A stretch of 64,000 bases of DNA, taken from Octopus vulgaris (Eukaryota). The stretch covers positions 48,298,001 through 48,362,000 of the forward strand of contig OX597830.1 in NCBI GenBank assembly GCA_951406725.2, written 5' to 3'. Made by a program: the position numbers and the translations under genes. Of the stretch, positions 55,115 to 64,000 are shown piece after piece; within the stretch, counting starts at the first letter, position 1; the number at the start of each line of letters is the position of its first letter. Under the pieces are notes generated by a model, which did no database searches, was not told where the DNA came from, and saw only the letters and a program-made list of their open reading frames with translations.

Positions 55115-55650
55115 CAGGGTGTCCCCAAAAAATGTATACACTTGCTGCAACAGTCTGTCATGCCAAGCATTAGAGAGAACTTTGAACAGGAAGAGTTTTA
55201 TTTCCAGCAAGATGGGGCACCTCCACACTACCATCGCGATGTTAGATCCTTTCTTGATGGGATCTTGCCAAATAGGTTGATTGGACGGAGAGGTTTTGTC
55301 GAATACCCTCCACGTTCACCAGACATCACACCACTAGACTTCTTTTTATGGGGATACCCAAAGGACAAAGTCTACGCACAGAAACATGCAACAGTCGTTC
55401 AATTGAGGGCAACCATTGAACATGAATGTACGAATATCCCAAGGGAATTGTTCCATGATGTATGCCATTCCATCGCTTCGCGTTGTCAGCAGTGTCTGGA
55501 GCAGAACGGACATCAGTTTGAGAACATGCGATAACAAGACAATAGAATGATATTTGTAAATTCTTTTACATGTTGAAAATTATTCGAATTATAATAAACC
55601 CCAAATTTACAATTATTTAAGGTGTGTATACATTTTTTTGGGACACCCTG
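55115..55650 (+). mobile_element. Internally deleted Tc1-family element
   Basis: TIRs cagggtgtccc..aaaaaatgtatacac / gtgtatacattttttgggacaccctg in (TA)n; FQQDGAPPH...[16 protein letters not shown]. Confidence 0.85.
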
Positions 55651-55652
55651 TA

Positions 55653-55709
<57 letters not shown>

Positions 55710-56359
55710 CCCTATACATACACACGTCCAGACCCCTCCTACGCACTATTAGCTGGTCCTTCAACCCTATTATCAACCCTATTATCTCCCCTTATTTCGC
55801 TCTCGCGTCTCATGTTTGATCTTTGACCTCTGGCCGAAATCAGATCGCCATGTTGATTCGTTAGCTACTGCACGCATTTTTTTCTCTCCTTCTTTCTGTG
55901 TTTTTTTTCTCTGTGTATCTTTCTGTTGAAGAGCGTAGGCTCGAAACGTTAAAGACTTGTTTTATTTATATTTCCTGAGCGCCATACTAATACAATTGTT
56001 CTATTGTTTTCCACCTGCCTTCGTCTTTTGTCTATTTATACACAGTGTATTACAAGTAAAACTGTATAACTTACTCTGTCGAATGCTGCACTTTAATTTT
56101 TCCTATTAAAAGTGAAATTGTTTATAACTTACTCCGTCGAAGGTTTCACTCTTATTTTACGAGTTTTTGGACGTAATACGGAACCAGCGCCAGTGCTGCA
56201 TTGTTTGAATTCAAAGAAATTACATCTTGACACTCCTGGGGTCTGATAGTATTGCCATGTATAGTTTGATTTGATTCGGTTGAGCTGTTTGAGAATGCAT
56301 TGGGGACCAGACAGATATACAAAGCATTTTATATATTTATAGATAAATTAGTGGCGGGG

Positions 56360-56800
56360 AAGAGTGACGATGTTCTTCGGGACGCTCTGAGCGCCGACGA
56401 GAACGAACTGGTGTGTCTGTTCCGTAGGAGTTTCCGTTCGGGAACTATCGTGGATATTTTCCAGATGTCTTTGGCCTGAAAGTGCTACCAAGCGGCGCTA
56501 CTAGTTCGCGATAAACTCTACAGACGAGCTTGTCCGCGGGGCGCGCAGAGTGACGAGACTGTTTGCACGCCCTCGTTCACTGTCTGAGTATTGCTGATTT
56601 CTGGGGTTATGTCGAACAGATGGGATGGATCCGTCAGTCGGTCGAGTCTGTAGTGATTATCCCACCGCCGCTCTACTTCAATCGCATAGGCAAAGCAGTT
56701 TCTCTCTGCCCGGTGACTGTGGTGAAAGACGTTGTTTGATGAACAAGGCTGAAAGACATGAGAGAAAGTGAGAGTGGGCAGGGAAGTGCTGTCCTTAAGC
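56360..56800 (+). mobile_element. L1/Tx1-like 3' fragment
   Basis: similar to 24000-24540. Confidence 0.5.
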
Positions 56801-57219
56801 GAGTTCCTTTCATTGGCCAATTTCACTATTTTTCCAGCAACTTCAGTAATTCTTCTTCATGTCCTTTTTGTCCTCTTGTTTTCCTTTTTCTCTGCTTTTA
56901 GTGCTCCCTCGTTTCCAACTGACACTAGCTAGGTATCTCATTCAGCTTTCGGCTTCAATATGCACGCAGTCTTCCACACTTATCAGTCCCCTTCTTCCAT
57001 TTGTTCTCTTCATGTATAGGTGATCAGTGTCTGCCCGCGGATGATGGGCTCCATGCATGGTTAGGCGCTTTCTTGACTTAGTTCTTCCTCTGATCACTTG
57101 AGGATTCCAGCGCCATACCAAACTGCTGCCACTGCACGCGACTTTATTGCCGAAATTCTGTTTCTGGCATTCAGTTTTGAAGCCAACATCTTTCTCGCCC
57201 GCCTCAGGTACTCTCTTTT

Positions 57220-57540
57220 TGTCTTTTTCCTTTATATCGTGGTGTTTGCTTCCATCTACCTCTAGTATTCACAGGTATTTGTAGCTGGATTGAACTTGAA
57301 TAGCCTTCATCATTTCCCTTCTGTCCTGTTTTTCCTTTATATCGTGGTGTTTGATTCCATCTACCTCTAGTATTCACAGGTATTTGTAGCTGGATTGAAC
57401 TTGAATAGCCTTCATCATTTCCCTTCTGTCCTGTTTTTCCTTTATATCGTGGTGTTTGCTTCCATCTACCTCTAGTATTCACAGGTATTTGTAGCTGGAT
57501 TGAACTTGAATAGCCTTCATCATTTCCCTTCTGTCCTGAC
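57220..57540. repeat. 3 x 108 bp tandem repeat inside a minus-strand LINE remnant
   Basis: three near-identical units ttttcctttatatcgtggtgtttg...tcatttcccttctgtcctg. Confidence 0.9.
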
Positions 57541-58079
57541 AAGCTTTCCTCGTCTCATCATCCTCGTAGTACATTTTGAGACTCCAAATTCCATCTTAAT
57601 ATCATTGGAGAAAATCCGCTCAAACTGGACTAGGCAGTCCAGTCCTGCCTCAGTTTTTGAATAGCTTCCATGAATAGCATCCATGAATAGCAAGTGGTTC
57701 AGTTTTCCCTTACCCCTTCCTCATTATGTCTTGTTAGTCATCATCGTGTTCTACATTTACACATCGCTCTACTTCTTCACTGCCGTCTTTCATTTTTCTC
57801 TTCTCACTGGGCACGTTATCTGTTGATGAAGTATTATTTCTATATTCTACTTTTCGTTTTATCACTTCTCTTTCCATGTCTGTTAACCACCCTTTTACGC
57901 TTATTGCTCTTGCCTGGCCGGCTAACCATTGCTCACTTGTTTCGAAGTGTCCTATCTCATTACATTTTGCTTTCATTCGTCGTCGGAATCCCCTTCTACT
58001 GGGTTCATTCCTGATCCAGCATACAATTACCATTCTGTTTGCCTCATAATCCCACTTTCTCTGCCTCGGGGTTTATGTA

Positions 58080-60240
58080 CAAGCAGTCTCTGGATGACCA
58101 CTGGTTTTAGCATGGGTTTTCGTACACTTAGTTTTTATGTGCTTGTTTCCAGTTCGTCTAATTCTGGGATTTGTTGTATTTGGAATTCACTTAGATATAC
58201 CTTTGCCTGTTTTGTTACTGAGTATGACGCTTTCTTGTTTCCGTGCTTTAAGACAAGTTTTAACATCTAGTCATCAGAGTTTTTCTAACTCTTTTATGAC
58301 ATTCTGCTGGTCAAGGTTAACGTTAGATGTTTCTGTCATTTTTCCTTTGATAAATGTAGCTTTTGCACATTTATCGAGGCCAAATTGCATTCTGATGTTA
58401 TCACTGAATTGTTTAACAATCGTTAGTAAGCCCTTCAGTTGTTGGTCATTTTTTGCAAAGAGCTTTAAATCATCCATGTAAATGAGATGATTTATATCTT
58501 TATAAAATATTTTATATCCGTACTGTGGGTCATTGAGCAATTTTGAGAGAGGTATTATGGCTAAACAAAAGAGGAGTGGTGATAGCGAGTCACCCTGGAA
58601 AATGCCCTATGAAATTTTTACATCACCAGCAATTAGATATTCATCGTCACTGTTCAAAGTTAGTGTGCTTCTCCATGACCTCATACTTACAGACAAAAAG
58701 TTTCGCAGAGTAGGCAATATTTTATACATTTCCAGGCATTTCTTCATCCAGCTATGTGGTAGGCTATCAAAAACCTTTTTATAGTCTATCCAGGTTATTG
58801 ACAATCTTCTAACATCATCTTATTGATGAGTAGTTGATCTTTACAACCATAGGATCCACGTTTACATCCTTTCTGTCCATTAGGGAATATGCTGCTGTCT
58901 GTAAAAAACTATAGGTATATTCAGTCAGGACAGATGTTAGCGTTTTATACATAGTTGTTAAGCAGGTTATGGGTCTATAGTTTTTCGGTTCATTTCTTTC
59001 TTCACTTTTTGGAAGCAGGAATGTTAAACCATTAACTAGCCTAGAAGGCATCCTACTAGGGTGTTGCAAAACATCGTTGTAAAGTTCTATTAGCAGTTCA
59101 TGGCTCTCTGGGAAGGCATTCAACCAGAAGTTAAGAATTTTATCCCTTCCTGGAGACTTCTATTTGCTTGACCTGCTGAAAGTAGATCTTATATCTTCTA
59201 CCTTGACACCCTCTCACTTTTGCTCCTCTAAGGAGTCCAAGTCTGTACATATTCTATCAATCCAGGGGGCCTTTTCGTTGTGTGTTTTTTCTTCTGCCCA
59301 AATTTTATTCCAAAATCACTGCACTTCTTCTTTTGATGGTACAGATTTTACAGTAACTGATGTTTTCCCTATCTTCCTGTAAAAATTCTTGGGGTTATTT
59401 TTGAACATGTTGTTGTCCTTGAAGAATCTAACGAGCTTTTCATTCATCGCTATGCGGGCAGCTTTAGCACATACCTTTTGCTTGATGGTTTCTATGGTGG
59501 CATCAATATCAAGTATAGTTTGCATATTATATTCTTATCTTTAATTTTGGGTTTTTTTTAGGTTTGGTAGTCTTGTCAACCTTGAGGTTTTTCAAACTTT
59601 CAATGTCAGACCTAAGTAGTTTAATTTGTTGTTGGATACGCTCTTGCCAAGAAGGCTTTTTGTGGGAATGTTACCGTTTTCTAATATTTTCACCACATAG
59701 AATCGTTGAGATTTTCGCGGTGGTTGAGATCTGTGATATCAACATCATTAGCTGAAATTATATCCTTAAGTGCAAGCCGGATTTTACCAATTATTTTCAG
59801 GTTTTTGTTAGAGTTGCGGATTTTAGGGAGTGTATCGCGTTCATCTATACTGGTTTCTTTAATTTTCAGCCATTCAATAGTGATTTGATTTTTTAGCTCA
59901 TGTAGTTTTGTTGGGTCAATATTTGTGTGACTTTCTTCATCTATTTGATGTTCATCTGTCTTAGTGTTTATGGTTGGTTCAGGGAGTATTTCACATTGCC
60001 TATCAATTATACTAACTCTTTCAATCCTTACTACGTTTTTATCAGCCCTGGGCTGGTCTATAATTATTTCCTCTGTATTATCTTCTTTAACTACGGCTTC
60101 GTTGTTTTTATCCGTTACTGCTTGTCTAATTTGGTCAATCTCTACTTCAGTCAGTAATATTTTTTTTTATATTTTATAATTTGTAAACTTTCCGGTGTTG
60201 ATATCGCGTGTGTTTCGCACATGTTTCATTGAGACACCCT
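58080..60240 (-). mobile_element. Decayed R4/Dong-like LINE
   Basis: NYRPITCL, WIDYKKVFDS, FQGDSLSPLLF, HLIYMDDLKLF; adjacent to (TAA)n. Confidence 0.85.
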
Positions 60241-60250
60241 TATTATTATA

Positions 60251-60307
<57 letters not shown>

Positions 60308-60319
60308 GTTATTATTATT

Positions 60320-60357
<38 letters not shown>

Positions 60358-60548
60358 CGTCGTCGTCGTTGTCGTTGTTGCTGTTGCTATTATTACTATC
60401 ATCATCATCTCTTTACACAATATTGATATCTATTAATTATTACGCGTTAATCTAAATTAATAAAACCATTCACCGTGAAATAGTCCCACCACCATTACGA
60501 AAAACTCCAAAAAACAGCATTGGTTTATCTATTTTCTTCTTCTTACAG

Positions 60549-60779
60549 GAAGATGTCCTTTGGATTTGATTTACAAAACTGTTCTAAGTTCAAACAATCA
60601 GTTGGGTATCTTTTATGTTTCTAATTACAAACAATGTCTGCATGAATGCAAAGTAAAACCAAATTGCCGGTCGTTTGACTATAACGTTAATAAGAAACAA
60701 TGCCAGTTGTCAACTAAAGATCATACAATATTTCAGTTGCGTTTTCAAAAGAATTACATTTACACCGAAATAAACAGAG
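60549..60779 (+). CDS. PAN-domain gene copy B, exon 4 (PAN domain 2); terminal exon expected beyond window
   Basis: tcttacAG / GTAAGG splice sites, 231 nt open frame, CLHECKVKPNCRSFDY...QCQLS. Confidence 0.9.
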
Positions 60780-60976
60780 GTAAGGGCATCATTTTCTTGT
60801 TTTTATTTATTTATTTTGTTGGAATTATACACAGTCAGTTGGACATGATTAGGCACCACCTTCAAAAATGAGTTAGTCTGTTATATTGAGGCCAGGACTT
60901 TGATTTACTTGGCTCTATCGATTGGTTAAGTCCAACTTCATATAAAGGTACGGACTCAATACCAAATTAGATTCAC

Positions 60977-61015
<39 letters not shown>

Positions 61016-61018
61016 CAA

Positions 61019-61060
<42 letters not shown>

Positions 61061-62902
61061 GGATAGATTGATAGAGGGACATACATACATACATAAATAC
61101 ATACATGCATACATGCATGCATACATTCATGCATGCATACATGAATGCATACATGTATGTACGCATACTTACATACATGGATGCATGCATGCATACATAC
61201 ATACACACATACATAAATGCATGCATACACACATTCATATATAGATACATACATGCACACGCACACACTCATACATACAGAACAATACTAATACTCGATG
61301 AACAAGAGGGACAAAGATAGCACCAAACCTCCATGCTGTGATGGAAATGTCGGCTCTGCTATACTAGTGTGAAAGATGTCACCCACATCATCAGTAGTTG
61401 CGACAAAATGCCTACGAGATTCTACGTGCCCCTGAGGCATGATATAGTTGCAAAGACTATTTACGATGCTACCCATAGGAAGGACTGCTCGGACGTATAG
61501 ATCAAAGCCATGTTAGAACCAGCAAGTAATCAGACCTTTTGAAAGCAAGGAATACTGGTGGAACTCCCCACCCCCCTAAACACATCAGTTCGGTGAAAAT
61601 ATAGCAGACCTGATATTGTTCTGTGGTACAGGGGAAAAAAGTCATGCACTATTGCAGGGGTCAGCTGACCAGCGGATGTGTATGTACAATCAAAAGTCTT
61701 AGGAAGATAGAACATTTAAGGCAAACTTACAGCTCTTGTACCCTGACCATAAAGTCTCGTTTGCACCTTTCATCAGAAGTGCATTAGATTATGTAGCAGC
61801 AATTTTGCACATTTGCAGAAAAACCTATAAATACTCGGTTTCACAGAGAAAGAGCAAAAGAAAAACTGACGCGGATTGTCCAAATCCAATGTTTTAGTGG
61901 CACAGTGAAGATTTGTAAAACATTCCCAAACTACTCCATCTGTGATTCTTATGTGAATAGATGCACACGATTGAGTGTATGCATCGACAGTCCCACGAAC
62001 TCAACCACATAATTGCAATCACCGGGAACTCACTCATCTCAAAAACTCTTGTCGCTTTCTTACCGACTGTATGTTTATTGCATTCAGATGGCGGGAATTT
62101 TCTCCATTCGCTTCTTGCGTTGAAAGACAATTTGAAACAGCGAAGTGTGTACAGACATAAATGTATGCTTCAAACTGCTGACAGGCCAATTCTTTTAATA
62201 GAACCTGTCTTGAAGTTCGAGAACCAAGTCAGATGTTGTGCCTGGGGATATGGTATTTCTTTTACGACCCTGTCTCTTTGAATCATCATCAAAACCCAGC
62301 AGCAACCGGGGTTCTTTATTGAAGAGTGGTGGTGTGAAACGATCTTGTGCCAGACTTACCTAGAGAAAGGGAATTCATCATCTTTAAAGTACTGCCTGAA
62401 TCCCTCAACAATGATGATGTTGGCTGCCAAGGAACATCAATGTTACATTTACTGATGCTCTGCAAGACAGTACATGGATTCCTTGGTAATGATACTAAGA
62501 AGCCGTTTTAGGGACTCTGATGGATCGGCAAGAACGACGGGGGAATTAACTTTTTTACAGGAACCGAAAGTTGTAAATGTCTTGCTTCTATTTATTCCAA
62601 TTGACACAAATTTTGGACATGGTGCCAATTGAAAATATTTTTTCAGAAACATAGACATGTCCAATATCATAGTTGAAGACACCTCTTTTCCACAGCTCAT
62701 GTGTGTATGGCGGAGATCTAGCCTCTGTTCGTCTTCCTCTGTGAACATTCTGTCTATTCTGTGCAGGCTATCTGCCGGAATTCCCTTGGAGTTGAGTTCT
62801 TCACCAGACAACTCCAGTTATCTGTGAACAACCTGTTTGGAAGTGCTCTGTTTATGGTGATAATCGTTCCATGACATGGCTAAGCTCTCTTTATTATTAT
62901 TA

Positions 62903-62955
<53 letters not shown>

Positions 62956-62964
62956 ATTTTTCTC

Positions 62965-64000
62965 TTTCTTCAAATTTTCTTCCGTTTCTCGCCGAGTGTT
63001 TTCCGTACACCTTGGGCAGAGAAGCTCATTGTATGCATTCCCAGATTACACACGCAAATTCACAGGTAAAATATATATTTAAAAAATTAATAAATAAATT
63101 AATTCATGAATAGATGTTGTTTTCACAGCGATAATGCCCTTCTCGGTACATGAGCCGTTCCAGTTAACACGATTTTTTGCACTTCCTGTAGGAATGGTAA
63201 GCCTGGTATCATTTTCAAATAGGTTTCAGTACCTTTTTTTATCATTCTTAGAGATTCTACAATCACTGGTACTGTAGTAGCCTTGAGATACCACATTTTT
63301 TCAATTTCTATTGGCAAGTCTTTATATTTACTGATCTTGTCAGATCCTTTCACCGCTATATTGTGATCGCAAGGAATACTCATATCAATTAATAAACACG
63401 CCTTTTTCGTCTAATCTTTTATAATAATATCTGGTTTATTAGCTTATATATATTATATATATTAGCTTAGCTTATATATTCTGCACCCTGAGATTAGGTG
63501 GTCTATTGTTTCAATCTTATCGTTACAGAATCGGCATTTTGGGTCAGCTCCATTTTTCATCACATTGGCTTGGTAGTTCCGGGGTAATAAGCTTTGGTCT
63601 TGAGCAGCTAATACGAAACCTTCACTCTCTGCTTTTAGCCCTGAGCTTCGTAACCATTGATGCGTATGTTTCTGGTCGACATCAGCTTGTTTGTTACAGG
63701 TCACATACTTGCCATGCAGAGGTTTCTGTTCCCATCTGCTAGCTAATTTTTCATGTGCTTTTGTCTTTGCAAGTAATTTTATTTTCTTTGCAGCAGCAGT
63801 TGGCGCATTTCCTTCAGCCTGATCAATCTTGTAGGTATCTAAGAGATCAGTAGCGAATTTTTTGCTCTCTTTGAAAATAGAGTGATGTTTTTTCGGTCTT
63901 TCATGTTTTCCAACAAGTTTTAGCATCCAATCGTTGGTTGCTTCATGGTATTTGACCAGTCCGACTGAGGTGGTTTTGTACGTAAGTTCAAGCTGTTTCA
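62965..64000 (-). mobile_element. R4/Dong-like LINE 3' part, runs off window
   Basis: WLRSSGLKAESEGFVLAAQDQSL, CRFC..IETIDHLISGC, QKIVLTGTAHV; 3' end abuts (TAA)n. Confidence 0.85.

Noticed and set aside
54974-55534. 186-aa ORF as a domesticated transposase
   Set aside because: N-terminus is microsatellite read-through into an internally deleted Tc1 element lacking the DNA-binding domain and first catalytic Asp.
55918-55957. Active hammerhead ribozyme (also minus strand about 45230-45265)
   Set aside because: Core reads CUGUUGA instead of CUGAnGA, so activity is unsupported; kept only as a repeat motif.
40252-62440. Copy B as an uncollapsed allelic haplotype of copy A
   Set aside because: Entirely different intron 3, 43% amino-acid divergence in exon 4 and a third unit at the window start favour true paralogy, though read depth should confirm.

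Overview
AT-rich, microsatellite- and transposon-dense eukaryotic genomic DNA. The SINE/LINE repertoire looks like an octopus-type cephalopod (inference from recognised repeat motifs, not verified). Almost every ORF in the track is microsatellite noise or a decayed TE. Hidden among them is a tandem array (period about 34-35 kb) of a spliced + strand gene the track does not assemble. Copy A has exons 7873-7903, 11462-11497, 12056-12313, 26796-27026 and 32338-32528 or 33098-33288, encoding a 248-aa secreted protein: signal peptide plus three PAN/apple-like domains, all introns GT-AG phase 1. Copy B has exons 43130-43160, 47085-47120, 47677-47934 and 60549-60779, with its last exon presumably beyond the window. 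Remnants of a third copy's last intron lie at 1-1040. The second PAN exon is hypervariable between paralogs (hand count: 33/77 residues differ, only one purely synonymous codon change, exon more diverged than its flanking introns, net charge about -2 vs +7). The terminal exon is locally duplicated into two intact alternatives. This suggests a rapidly diversifying secreted recognition or effector family. TEs include (TAA)n-targeting R4/Dong-like LINEs, L1/Tx1-like LINEs, Ty3/gypsy nested in a Helitron, Tc1/mariner, hAT, MITEs, Penelope-like pieces with a minimal hammerhead ribozyme, and a tandem SINE multimer.
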